Source: Psammoneis japonica
Taxonomy: Eukaryota
Length of the DNA stretch: 64,000 nt
Assembly: GCA_008632985.1 (NCBI GenBank)
Contig: QPGO01000060.1
Span: 62,001 to 126,000 of the forward strand
Direction: 5' to 3'
Shown here piece after piece: positions 48,550 through 62,104 of this stretch (positions within the stretch are counted from its first letter, which is position 1; every line of letters begins with the position of its first letter). The notes below the pieces were generated by a model. It was not told the origin of the DNA. It made no database searches and saw only the letters and a program-made list of their open reading frames with translations. The translations under genes and the position numbers were made by a program.

Positions 48550-51487
48550 GTGATGCCCATTTTGCTGCATCCTGTTCAGATTGATGGGGTGTCATTGCAT
48601 GACGGAGTTCAAATGTTTGCAGAAGGATGGAACAAGCCCATTGTGTTTGGAGTGCAGTCGGTTTTGCCTGTGTTTGATCCGAAGCAAATGTCGAAACATG
48701 CCAGAGCAAAGTTCAAGATGCGTCAACATTGGCAAGAGGTGGTCTCAAAGAGGAAGAAGTTGAGAACTGAAATGCAAATTAAGAGAATGGAAAGTTCATT
48801 CAAAAAAGGAATTGAAGTGAAGAATGTGATGGGGAGCAGTGCTGAAAAAGGCGAAGGAAAAACCTGGAAATGCAGGAAGTGTTTTGTGAAGCAGCCGTGT
48901 GGTGTAGACGGAGTGAAGTTGTGTTGCATGTGCGATGGTGCAAAGGTGCAATGCAAGGCAGAAGCAAGGAAGAAAGTGGACATGTTTGATTTTGTGGATG
49001 ACAATGAAGGAGATGATGATGAGACGTGGATGCCGGAGGGCGATGCAAAGGAAATCAAAAGGAAGAAGGTTCTCAAACAAAAAAAGGATCAAAAGAGAAA
49101 GCCGTCGCAAAGAGAAAGGAAAGAAAAAGAAACAGGTCAATGCAACGGTTGCTGACAAGAAGATTTGGTGGGAAACAACAGCAAATGTAGAAGAGGCACT
49201 TGCCAAGGAAAGAATCGGTGGCTCAGAAGAAGCACGCAAATGGGGATTGGTTGTCTTTGTTCCTGAGGTTCTTGTGGTGACCCATTTTGTGCATCAAGAG
49301 AAGTGTTGCCTGCAGAGAAAGGAAGCAAGGGAAAAGCACATGGCTGTGGCAGTCTTTGTTCAATGAGCCAAATGCCAAACAGCGTCATCACCAAGATTGG
49401 ACACTGGTTGTCACGGAGCGTGTCCGATGGAAATGGCTGAGACAATGAGAGAAGCTTTTGAGGTGAAGGTCATGGCAATGAAGAACGATTCGAACCACAT
49501 GGTGGATGATGCAGATCCGATGGCATCAATTGCAATGAATGGCCATCCGAGGTTGGAAGAGATGTGGAAGAAAGCATTTGAATTGTTTTGGATGCACACG
49601 GAAGCAGCAACAGTCAATTTCGTGCACTGCAAAGAAAGGAACTTGATTCAAGAAAATTTTGGATTGAGTTGTCAACAAGCTCAGGCGATGTGTGAGTTTC
49701 AAGGGTTGATGCTTGCGGGTTTAGGGGCATCTGTGAAAAAGCACAAGACCAAGTTTTCACAGCTTGTTGGAGAGACAGCTGTCTTGATCTGGGATTTTGC
49801 AGTGGATGTTGTGTGCCGTGGTGATGATGTGAAGCACTTTCCCATTTCAGAAGAAAGAGACAAGCTTTTGGAGAAATTTGGGGATGTGCTGAATCTAAAG
49901 CATGCAAGAAACATGGTCCATTCGGCAGTGCACGTGCACGCTTCATGCCACACAAATCTTCATCTCGATGACAGAAATTCATCTGAAGAATCGGAGAGCA
50001 TGTCGACAGGATTGAACACGTTGTTGGACATGCATCAATGGTTTGAGGAAAAGAGGCAGCTTTTTGAGAGCAAGGGCTTGAAGGGAAGGTTTGTCAACAT
50101 TGGCGTTGCATGTTGTGGTTTGCAACATCTCACTGCATGACTCAAGTCATTGGAAAAAGAGAAGAATGCCAGTTTGTTGTTAAAGCAAGCATTGGATGCT
50201 GCTTTTGATGATCCAGATTGGCAAGACATAGACCCAACAAAGAATTGTCCGAATGCAGAAACGGAACAAAGATTCCACGATTGGTGCAAGATGCAAAAAC
50301 CTTTTGCTGACCCAGGGAACGGTGGCATGAAAATTTATGGTTCGGAATTGCTGGAGCAAATTACAAGAACATTTTGGCATGGGTGCATGTCAGACATGCT
50401 GTTTGGGTTTTTGCGTTGGTTGGGAGTGTGCCCAGCACATGTTGTTGTCACAAGCAAAGATGTTGTTCATTTGGAGTTGTTTGTGTGCCATGATTGTCAT
50501 GGACAGTGGACACCAGTTCACACATTGTGGAAGTTCATGAACAACGGGTTTCAAAGCGGCAGGATGACTTTTTTGGAGGCAATTGCGACAGAGAGGAACC
50601 TGTGTGTGTCATGTGGTGCAGAATTGCATTGCATCACATTCGGAGAGGAAATGCCTTTGGACAGGCCAATCCTGAGGAAGGGCAAGGATGTGAGACCAAA
50701 GTGTCTTGTGGGTGCTTGATGCAAAGCAGGCATGGCTCCGTTGGCACAATCCATTGATGACAAAGCGAAAGTGTTGCAAATGGGTGAACATGCAAAGACT
50801 CAGTTGGAGCATCTTTGGGTGAACACAAAGGTGATTCGGCCCAGTGCCAAGACGGTGCACACAAACATCAACAAGAGTGAGATGATGCACGGATTTGGTC
50901 ACTTGTCAACTGTGGATTTTGTGCGGATGAATGCGTTTGCTGGGTTGGTTCCATGCCCATGTGCTCTTGAGGCGTTCGTTTTGGAAAGCCCTGGGTTCGG
51001 TCCACATTCTTGGTTTCATGTACACGGGGGTGATTCTTGTTACGATGATGATGGCTGTGTGCTTTCGATGGAAAGACAATTCAACAATCTCATGCAAGAA
51101 GCCAAGGATTGCAGGAAGGAACATGTCAATGCCACGTCTGTGGAGCAGTTTGCATGTCCCAAAGGTTGGTCCTTCTGGAAGGCAGAGTTTCTCACCTTCA
51201 TCAAAAACCATCTGCAGACATTCATTCATGTGTTTTGTGCTCCGTCAAAGCACAAGTGTCATCACATGCTTCATGCAGAAGGGAAATGGGTTCTTTTTAG
51301 CAAGGTGACATGGACTGTCTGTCCCAGAACCAAAAAATGTGACGCTTCTTTCAAGGTGGAATTTCTTTGGACAGATGCAGATGGAAATGTTTGTTTTCCG
51401 CACGGGCACACCATTCCCAATGCCAAGGCACAATGTGATGCATTTGTGCGCAATGCATCAATTCATTGGTCATGGTGTTGCTGTTGA
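48550..51487 (+). pseudogene. Long hypermutated ORF of an unclassified element
   Basis: ORFs 49397-50140, 50150-50719 and 50732-51487 share one frame and are split only by TGA. A Lys/Glu-rich upstream ORF lies at 48550-49155. Confidence 0.6.
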
Positions 51488-51599
51488 CCATCACTGGCAC
51501 CACATGCAGTTCAACATAGATGAGTGCAACAGGCACAGCAGCAAACTGCTTTGGACAGAGTTCCGTCTTTTGTTGTGTTAAGTTCCGTCTTTCATTGTG

Positions 51600-54500
51600 T
51601 TGAGTTCAATGAAGCGGTTGCAGATCCAACCCCAGAGTGAACCCCGGCCGCTCCCAACCCCGCCACTCCTCCTCTGCATCCGCCAACTCCACATCCAACC
51701 CTCCATCCTGGACCCTCGTCAGCCACAAACGCCGCAACACTGACAGCACCCCACCTGGCCCCTTTGACACCATCCTCAATGCACCTGTCCCTCCATCCCA
51801 GCAAGACATTGATGGAGACTGTGTGTCCAATGATGCACGCATGGACAACCTCACCCTCTTCGGCAAAGACGATGACCCCAACGACAACACCGATGCCACG
51901 AATGTGATGTCACAATGTGACATCAACCACTGCGCCACCCTCACCACATGGGTCCACACCCATTGCCCTGAGTGCCTTTGAGAATGGAAGCGCATTAAAG
52001 CTCGGGCTGTTGAAGACAACACCGATCCGCAATCTTTCCACCAGCATCTCCAAGAGTGGAACCCCCAAGCACCATGTGTCTGGAGTGCCCACACTGTGAA
52101 TGGTCTCCACCAGAAAACACTGCCACCCAAGACCTCCCCAAGGCAGTCCGAGCTCACCTGTGGGCCAAGCATAAAACCCCAGACCAATGCTTTCTCCAAC
52201 AAGACTTCCTCTCCCAAGCCAACCCACACTCATGCCACATCTGCAACTCTGTGCCTGCGCCCTGGCAACCTGCGCAACCATGTTGCCCGCCATGACCCCC
52301 CCCCCCCCGCACTGAAGCAAACTCTGCTTTCTCTTTGAAGCACTTGTCCTTGCTCCGCCTCACTGCTCCCCCACCACAAACCCCAAACGCTGCCCACCCG
52401 CTTCCTCCGTTGCCTCAACATGCCTCAAACTCTTCCAACAAGGGTGCACCCGTGAACTGCATGACACAGCATGTGCCACCACCCCTCATTCAGCTCCCAA
52501 CACCAATGTCCCTGACTTCTCTGCTTCCACCTGCTGCCACGCAGCTCAAGCATCCGCAGACACTGACAACTTTGGTGCAGCTTACCGCCGCATCACCTCC
52601 AACCTCCCAGTTGCCACCATTGATGATGCCCACCTCCAGCTCATCCACAAACTGCACCCACCTCACGCACCACGCCCACCCCAAGTGCCCACCACCAACA
52701 CATGACACTCCACACCTCCCCCGTCCCCTCCATGCATCTCCGATGACCACCTCCTTGCTGCCCTCAGCAAGTGTAAACCCGGCACTGCCACCAGCCCGCA
52801 TGCTGACTCCACCGACCTCCTCAAAGGCCATGCCCTCTGCAAAACAAGCACCCCCACGAAGCCACAACTCCGCCCACACCTTGCCACCTTCAAAGAATTC
52901 TTGATGATCCTCCAAACCAATTCTGTCCCTCCTGACATCCAGCCACTCATTGCCGCCAACCACTTCATGGCACTCCACAAAGACCCCACCAACCTTGACA
53001 AGTTGCGACCCATCGGATGTGCAGTGCCACCATCCGAAGCATTGCCGACACCCTTGCGATGACCATCAATGCACCTGCCCTCAGGGAACACCTCCTCCCC
53101 AATGGACAATTTGGAACAGGTGTCAAAGGCGGCCTCGACTGCCTCATGCACGCCACTCACGCCAACGTCGAACACTGCCTCAACACTGCCACACCAACCC
53201 ATGCCTTCCTTGCTCTCGACCTGTTCAACTTCTTTAACGAATGCTCACGCAACACTTGTCGGGAATTCCTCAACAACACACCTGCCTTCAGACACCTTGT
53301 CCCCATCTTTGACCTCTGCTGCAACACGACAAACATGTGCTGGCACCGCGATCCAGATGGCAACTGGCGATTCTTCCTGCAACCCGAAGGCTTCTCTCAA
53401 GGATGCCCACTTGCTCCTCCGTTCTCCACTCTCATTTTAAGCATCATCCTCAAACAACTCAATGCTGAACTTTGCCAATGCCTCCCATCCTCCAATGTCA
53501 CATCAACTGCCTCCCTCATCGATGACACCAGCATTTGGCTCCCGCACACCAAACTGCCATGGTTCCCACAATGCCTCAAGGAATTGGGCCCTCAACATGG
53601 CGTCCGCCTCAATCGCTCCAAGACACACATGCTCACCTCCATCACCAGCACTGGGCCCTCACTGAACCTGCCCCCAGCAAGCGCTGACACCCTCTGCCAA
53701 GCCCTGTGCTTCCTTGACCCTGCTGACGACCCCACTCTGCACCCCAAAATCACCACTGGCCTCTGCTTCCTTGGCCAACCCATCGGCAGCCCTGCTTTTG
53801 CCCGCACCTGCCTTGAGCAAAAAGCCACCACCTTTCACACTAACCTCAACCGCCTCTCATCATGCCTGCATGACACCCAAACCAAAAGCTCCCTTTGCCG
53901 CACCTGTGCCATCCCATCACTTCTGCACCTTCTGGCATCCAATGTCCACTTCAACTTTGACCCAGACAACCACCACCCCTCACCTCCTGGACCTCACCTT
54001 TCCAACAAGAGGCCCAGTGCCACTGCGATGCCTGCCTGCAACATCTTACAGCACAACAACAGCCATTGCCACCATGCGCCATGCTCCTTGCTCACCTCCC
54101 CACATCCTCCGGCGGCATTGGCCACTGATCCACATCCACCTCCGCCATCCCCTTTCTTGTCTCTCAACTAGCCCGCTCCTTTCGACATGCAACACATGGA
54201 CCAACTGCAGGCAATGACGACTCCCTCAAACTCCCACCCTTCTGCGCTTGCTCCCTCCACACTTGGGCCACCTCCCGCCGCCCCCTGTGCCTTTGTCAAG
54301 CATTTCAGCACTGCAGAACAGCTGCCATAAACACCCTTGACCCTCCCCCACCCTCCCTCAAGGCCCTCATCAAAACACACCCGTTGCGCAACCTTTCCCA
54401 CACCCTGTGTCATGCACACTTCCAACTTTGTGCTCGAAGACCTCTAACTGCATGGACTGCCACACGTCACCCATGCACTCCCCTCCCTTCTCTCTCCACT

Positions 54501-55555
54501 TGCAAGTCTCACACTCCACTCCCTTGCCCGCTTGCTGCCCCAACACAATGCCTGAACCCTGAGCAGTTCCGCCTCGTGCTGCAACGCAAACTGCAGCTCC
54601 CCATCTCGCCCAACCAGCTAGAGTCCACCTCTTGCCCCTCTTGCTCTGGCACCACTGACCCATGCGGCAACCACGCCTTCTGCTGCCGATCACTCGGACA
54701 CAAAACAACCATGTCCAATGCCATCCATGATGGCCTGCATGCTGCTTTCCAAACATTTGCCCTGCTTTCCGGCATCTGTGCTGACTCTTCCGCCATGCAT
54801 CATGAACCAACAAACCTGATGCCTCATTCATCCCACAAACGCCCTGCTGATGCAGGCATGCAACTTGCCCCAGCCGCCTCTGCTGCCTCCCCTCTCGGCC
54901 ACCGACACCTCGCCATTGATGTCACCATCCCTGAACCTCCCCCATTGCCTGCTCCTGGCTTGCCTGCCCCCACCCTTGATCCTCACACCAAGGCACACCA
55001 TGCAAGCACAAAATGGAAGTTCAACAGAACCCATGAGACTCAAAATGAAGCAACCCTTGCATCCGCCCTTAACAACACCGGCATCCACCTCATTTCCTTC
55101 ACCATCGACCATCTGGGAGCCCCGGGCTGCTTCGCCCATCGCCTTCTTTTTGGCGCCAACCAAGACCACCCCATCCCTGCCCCACCTGCCCCACCCTGGA
55201 CCACTGAAACCTCCTTCATGCACCCAGCTGCTCACGTGGCTGCCTGTGCCTGCGCCCAACAATCCCCGTCCGACAACCTCCCTGCTGCCACTGCCACCTG
55301 GCAAACCATGATCTCTGCCGAACGCTTTGGCTTGACCCGCCAGCACTCTTCAACTCCATCACAATGGGGTGTTCAAAGCCTGAGCCTTGCTGTTGCCAAA
55401 TCGCTCGCTGACCAACTAACCCGCTGCTCCACCAAACTGCAATCTCAAACATCCAACCCCAACTCGAAATCCATCCCTTTTCCTGCCCACATGACTCAGC
55501 ACAGTTCCACCCTTGCTCCGCGTCTGTCCCTCCCCCATGCCACCAGGTGACGTTG
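51600..55555 (+). mobile_element. Near full-length CRE-like non-LTR retrotransposon (zinc fingers, RT, CCHC, restriction-like endonuclease), mutated
   Basis: C2H2 fingers CPHC...HLWAKH and CHIC...NHVARH. RT motifs LRPIG, QFGTGVKGG, LDLFNFFN, GFSQGCPL and LIDD. CPSC...DPCGNHAFCC. Endonuclease motifs KRPAD and AIDVT. Confidence 0.9.
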
Positions 55556-55565
55556 CACGTGAAAT

Positions 55566-55757
55566 CGAACAAATCTCAATGTAACAAAAGAACAAGCACG
55601 ACACCTTACGTCCAACAGAAAGTTGTGACACTGTCAATGCAAACCCAAACCTGATTAGATTGTGTGCGTGTTGCTAGAACACCACTCGATGCATGCATGT
55701 TGACCAGTCACCAATCACAACATTGTCCTCCCTTCCTTCTCCATCCAGATTCACTCG
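55566..55757 (-). repeat. Copia 3' LTR
   Basis: Aligns to 62105-62298 with 15 substitutions and one 2-bp indel by my count. Confidence 0.95.
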
Positions 55758-55920
55758 GTCCCCGCGAAACGGCAATGACAATGCCGATTTGTCTAAACCC
55801 ACAACATCCTCTCACAGAGAGGTAAACCACAAAACCCAAATTAAACCACCAGACATGCTGGCTTGGGAGGCCGAGACACGTGGGTGCAAGCCACAGGTGC
55901 CTGGCCTTGGTGTTGGAACA

Positions 55921-58900
55921 TTGCCAAAAGATGCACGAGCAAAGCTTCCATCGCCGCTCTCCTGCAACCATTTTTGCAAGTAGATCTGCCAAGTTTGTTT
56001 CCGTGTCCTCCTTGCCAACATGAACAATTCCCGACCGCTTCTCGCACAACATGGTGGTTGATGGCATCATGCTTCTCATGCAAAACCAACTCAGGCACAC
56101 TTGCATTCTTCACAACACCACGATCATCACAAAAGACACTTGCCGGTCCTTCAAGGGGAGCTCCAAACATGCAAAGCTTGTGATGCAAAGCGACAATCAA
56201 CTCCTTGCAAATCCGCATCGCAACCAATTCACTTCCAAACGTCGCCGATTCCACCGTGTTCTGCGGCTTGCTGAACCACACCACTGGTGCGTTGTTGACA
56301 AACATCAGAGTTCCGCTGTGCGACCTGCGAGTTACGACATTCCCTGCATGGTTAGCGTCAACAAATGCACAGATGTTTGCCGGGTTGCCACGAGGCTTCG
56401 GTGCCCATGGTGGCAGTTCCTCCTCAACGTCCCTCTAAAACTCGGTCCAGTCTGCATTCGAATTGAAAATGGATTCATCAATCACCGGTTCTTTCGGATC
56501 GAATCCAATGCGTCCAACGTTCTGGTGCTTCTTCACATGCGCAAATGCATGATGTGATGCTTCAAGGTGTCCTTTCCTTGGATTAGCTTGACATTGAGAT
56601 AGGATTGAAACCTCATGCAAGATGTCGGTGCGACCCAACTCGATCGCCCACCGACAAATCCCTGTCAACTGTAAATGCCTGTCCACCAAGTCGGGGCCTA
56701 GCTCGTCTGTCACGTCCAGTTCCGGTTTGTGCTTCAGGGGCAGTGGATCCTTTGCACTGTTCTTCAGAACTTCTCCATTGCCGTCTTCATCCAGCAGACC
56801 CTCCACAGTCTTAATTGCCGATTTGGCATATGACCTCGGTGAACTCACCCAGATTGTGCGCCCATCCTGAGTCTGAACCTTCTCAATGTTAGCTCCAAGA
56901 TGAACCTCTGGCTCTCCTTCGCTGCCGGGCTTCACAGCATGGTGCTCACCTGTTGCAGCAACAATGGACTTCCCTTGATGGGAAATGATTGGCACATCGT
57001 CAACATAAACCAAAAGCATTTCACAATGCTCATGCCCATCTTCACGAGTTGCCGCACGCAAGTGAACATCTGGATCCGCTCTCGTCGATTCAAAGCCTGA
57101 GTCACGTGGGACCGATGACAGTGCAGACCTCCAAGACCATCCCGAGCTCTTCAAGCCACATGACGCCCGAGTGACAACAAGCACCTTCCCTTCACACTCG
57201 CCGCATTCCTTTCCGCCTTCGAACCATGTCTTCTCTGCGCACGGTGCATTGAGACAAGCATTCTCCAGATCAACCACTGTGACATCGATTCCATTCAAAG
57301 CTGCCAGCAAGAACCCAAGTCGCACACTGTCTCTAGAAACCACGCTAGAACAAGCAATCGATGCCGGAGCCTCTGTCGTGTGGCCGCCAGCTACAAACCT
57401 TGCCTTTCTGGTGAAATCCATTTTAATGTCAAACACCATGTGGCTCCTGATCTCCTGACAACCACGCAAAGTTGCACCTTTGCTTTTGTCATCTCCTTGT
57501 TGATTGCACGAGCCCAACAGTCTGTCCCCATTTCCTGGTCTATCTGCAAAGCGTCCTCCATTGACTTGGGTGATCGGATGCCAAACTTGTGAGTCGTGCG
57601 CCAGTGCTTCTTCTCAACCTTGGATGCAATGCGATTCCGTTTGCGTGGGACATGCGTGACCCACCAAGCAAAAGCAGGCTCCTCAGTCAACCTGTTCGCA
57701 ACAGCACATTCAGCAACTTCAATTGGGTTAGAGTCCTTTAGATCTTTGAGTTTGACCCAAGATGAGCTGCCATCCTTCCATCTGACCAACAGTTTCCATC
57801 CTTTTGTCGTGATTTTCTTCTTCTCCTTCCCGTCAGTGGTTCGTACGGTGCCATCAGCAACCGACACTGCATCGTCACTTCTCTCGTGGTCCTGTATTTC
57901 GTGTAAGATGGAACACTGGTTGCCTTCGCTGTCGACCTGAGCGAACATGTTCTCGGCAATTACATTGGCTGTGTGCTTGTCTGTGGTGCCGTCGGTGCAT
58001 TCCACTTCGTGTTCGCGAGTGTCAAACAATGGGTTTTGATGCCGAGTCCCAATTGGACGTCCATCCTGTCCTCTTGCACGTTTCGTTACAACACCGCGTC
58101 GTTCACCGTCGGTTCCAACGTCAAACATGAGTTCCATTCCCAGGCATTGATCAATTGCCTGTTCGTCATCATCGTCCGGTCGTTCGTCGGGTGATGGCAT
58201 GTTGCCACATTCCTCGTCCTCAGGCATGATGCCACCCTCACATTCCACACCGGGGTTGCCGTCAATTGCAAGATTGTCCAACACGAATGCAGGTGCTGCT
58301 TCATCACCCTGCAAGACAAAGTTAGCATCATCCAATCGCTTTTCCAGCTGCTCATTAAAGTTGTCAATCTTAACGCGAACATCTGGTTGCACCACATCAG
58401 CCTGTGTCACGTGCTCAACGGATGTTTTGGAGACAATCTTCCCGCTTTCCGCAACAATCCAACAGCACGTGTCCGAGCCAACTTTGTGTGAGATGCCAAG
58501 CCACCGTCCAAGCCTTCGAGGGTCATCAGTTGCACTCGGCTTGTTGGGCCTGTCCCACCACCACACCATGTCGCAGAAACCAAAATCTAGATGCTCGCCT
58601 GTTTCTGGTGTCTGTCCAGTGACCTCTTCACATCTGGTCCTCTTGTCTCTGCCTCTTGCCATGCGCGACACTAATTCCGACTCACAAATGAGACCAAAAT
58701 CCCATGATCGTCTTGGCACCTTCTTCTTCATCATTCGCAGCTGCCAACACTTGGCCAAGAAACCAATTTTGCGCTCCGCTGCCTGGCTCTGGTTCTTCCG
58801 ACCCTGTTCCGATGTTCTCAACTGCATTCTCACATGTCGTGCATGCCTTGCAAACTCGGTGCTCTTTCCAGTGAACTCTCCTGCCCCATCCGACATGAGA

Positions 58901-61642
58901 TGTTCTGGTGCACCCACGTCGTCTGTGAATTCAACGAGAGACAAACCTGCTTCCGACCTTGTGGTCATCGGCACAACCTTCACGAATTTGCCCTGAGCAC
59001 AAACATTGGCACACGTGTCACCGAGTGGGGACTTCACCTTGGATGTCAAAGTGTCCACAAACCATGTTCCTTTCAGATGCTTCCGGTGCAAGTCGAGGTG
59101 ATCCACCCTGACTCTTCGTGACATCGGCTGGGTCGCCGTTCGCATGCCGCGCTGAGCAGCTACATTGAGGGTGTCTTTTGCCGTTTCCAAACCGACACTC
59201 CATTTTCGAGCCAACTCTTCAGCGTCAACTTTCAAGTGCCGATCCTTGCTGTGTGGCTCTTTGATTGCCCTCTGCCTTTTGTCCACGTTGTCGAGACACG
59301 TGCAAGCCACATTGACTGAGCTGATGAGCCTGTCACAAAACGATTGAAGTTGACAGATGGGGGACATAGATGACAGTTGCATTTCGACCTTGCCCCAGCG
59401 AGCTGCTTGGGACTTCGCCTTCTCGCTCCTTAATTCCGAGATCTGCTCTTGTCGCATGCCAGAGGTTGATGATCAAACAGTGCGCATCTCCGCCTGCTCT
59501 CTAGTGCGCTCCGGTGAGCCCACATCCATCTGTGCTGGATCCCATGCGTCACCTGTCAACAGCATAACCGGCAAGTTCTGCACTTCCCAATCCATCGGAA
59601 CACGAGACTTGAAAGACACAATTGTCCCCGTGGCATTAAAGGGGATGAAAGCTTCATCAGCTTCAATGCCAAATCCGTTTCGAGTGTCGTGAGGGTTGTC
59701 GTGTGCGGGCATGTTGTGCGCACGAAGTTGGTTGGGGTTCAAAAGCAAATGTTCCATGTTGGTTCCAAACCAGAGCATTTGGTCACCAACCAGCAGATGT
59801 TCACGAGTCGTTTCTGGATCTGTCCATGCCGTGCAACAACGTGCCACAGGAATCTGTTTGATCGGCTCATACGAGTCCAGAAACGGATGTACTTCGCACA
59901 CTTCATTTGTCATCTCCACAAGCTTCCAGTTCGCTCCAGCGCAACAGGTGTCCGCGTGAGTGTCACATTCATTTCGAGCAACAAACCGGGTGTCGTCAAA
60001 TTTGTCATCTGTGCGGAACTCGTCGATCGGATCACACGTTTTGATGTCACAGCAATGTGCCTCTTTGTCACCTTTTCTTTGAAACGAGATTTTGGGTGGG
60101 GTTTGGTCAACAGCAAGAAGAGCAACACAAGCAAAAACGACAAGTGCACCAAATGCGCCAATGCTCCAGTGGCTGTTGCCACCCCAAGAAGTCAGGTGGA
60201 ACCATCACAGGCTCCCCGGCCAAAGACACGTCCATTTCGTCCACCGCGATCACGGTCAGCACCGCGACCACGCCCACTGCTCCTTTGCTCCTGATCCTGT
60301 TGTTGGGTTTGGCCTTGGCCATCTTGACAAACTTGGGTTTCGGCTGCATGCCTGCCGCCCCCATCACGTCCTTGTTGACCTGCGGGAGGCCCACAGCCTC
60401 CACCGCGTCCATGTCCCATTCGTTCGCGAGCTTGGAAAACACAGCTGATCCCTCCATTAAACTGTGACTTTTCCCATTCTTGAGCACCAAAGCTCCTTGT
60501 TGGGTTGGATGCATCAACTCCATTGATCATTGCAGTGTGGTTGCCACCCCTGCCTTGGCGACCACCACCACATCCACGTCCACCCCAACGTCCAAATCTT
60601 CCTCCGCGACCACGACCTCGATGGAAGCCACGGCCACCGCCGCCACCACGGCTCATTTCAGAAATCTTGCGCTTCGAGCAATGCCGGGCTTCCAACTGAG
60701 CACCTGCATGTGAACGAGAGACTTCGGATGAGAAACAAGCATGTCAACTTTCCATTGTTCAGATTTGCAGTCATCCTGTGATTTGTTCAAAGTGGCAAAA
60801 GCATTGGCAAGTTTCTCATTGAACTTTTCAAACGGGAGTGATCCTTCCTTTTTGTAAAACAAGGTGTCAATGGTGGCCGCAGCCAGATGAATGCGCTTGC
60901 TCAACTCGCCCTGTCCGTTGCAATGGTCGACCCATGCATTGAATGCTCCATGTCCATCTTCTGTCACATCAAACGGTTTGATCCATGCCCATCCCGCTGT
61001 GTCGACCAAGTGTTCCTTCAACACACGACAAACGCTGCGGTTGTCCTCATCAAATTTGGCACCATTCAGTGGCATCTGGCACATGCGCTGCTGTTGAGCA
61101 TTTGTGAATGCAGCCGGAGCTGGCATCATCCTCACAACGTGGCGAAGGGGCTCTTTCAACATGCCAAACTTCTGTGCCAGGAGATTCAAGAAAGCGTCTT
61201 CGCACACATCAAAGTCATCAGACTCAAACTTTACGAGACCGCTCGCCGATGCGTCCGAGTCCGTGAGCTCCTTTTCGACACGTCTGCCATCTCGGGCCGC
61301 AGCCACAGCTGCCACATTAAAGTTTGCCGCAACCAATGCCTGATTCCGTTTGAGCAAATCCTGGCACCACCATGACAATGCCTGCAAGTTCTTGATTTGA
61401 ACAGTTCCAAGAGTTGCACGTCCGTCGGCTGCCGTGCGACGAGACGCCCTTTGCGCCATGTCTTCCACATCATGGTCACTTTCCATCACTGCGATGTTTT
61501 CTAAAGTCGCAAACCCTTCATAGAAAACCAACCTCGCCCTTGCGTTTTGGTCAGCAACACCACAAACTTGTAAAACTGCATCAACATCAGCTGCCGCGGC
61601 TGATGCCGCAAGTGCTGCTGCTGGTGCTGCCGCTGCTGCCAT
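55921..61642 (-). pseudogene. Copia gag-pol polyprotein with frameshifts and stops
   Basis: ATG at 61642 (MAAAAAP...); DTHADTCC; LLNPNQLR; SDGAGEF; KARFVAGGH; LVYVDD; QNTVESATFGSE; NLADLLAK. Confidence 0.92.
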
Positions 61643-62090
61643 CCCACAACAAAGAAAGGGCACAAAGGTCCCGCACCGGGAACACACAGTTGTGAGTCTG
61701 CATGGTCATGGAGGCCACACTTTCTCTATGTTGTGATGACGGGTTCACACAGCCACCCGACGTCAGGGTGATCAGTCCTGTGTCGTTCATGTCAACCGAC
61801 ATTGTTGGGCACACGCTCTCGGGCATGTCACCCAATGCCGCAGTCCCCTCACACCCGTTGTGCATGTGAGGATAGTGACTATCTTTGCGAGCATTGCCAT
61901 TGCAAGCTGTTTTTGTGGACATCATAATGAGCGACACGAGACGCATCTTCGTGCGCATCAATCCGAGTTCTGACGCATCGCGCACATTCCAGTGCCGTTT
62001 CTACAGCTGCACGTTCCATGCAAACAATGCAACAAACAATCGTCCATGACGAATTGTATTTGAAACCATTTCATTCTGTCTTATCGTCAT

Positions 62091-62102
62091 TGGCTCTGAT
62101 AA
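62091..62102 (-). promoter_or_regulatory. Primer-binding-site-like sequence of the Copia element
   Basis: The minus strand reads TTATCAGAGCCA immediately inside the 5' LTR, resembling the tRNA-iMet PBS TGGTATCAGAGC. Confidence 0.65.
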
Positions 62103-62104
62103 AG

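Noticed and set aside
42653..61642. Alternative genetic code or recoding to explain Cys/His in place of Tyr
   Set aside because: Adjacent host genes use TAY and TAA/TAG normally, and the non-coding LTRs show the same changes.
8100..62000. Hundreds of overlapping Cys/His-rich ORFs in all six frames, some resembling metal-binding proteins
   Set aside because: These are a by-product of TAA/TAG loss and TG/CA excess, not independent genes.
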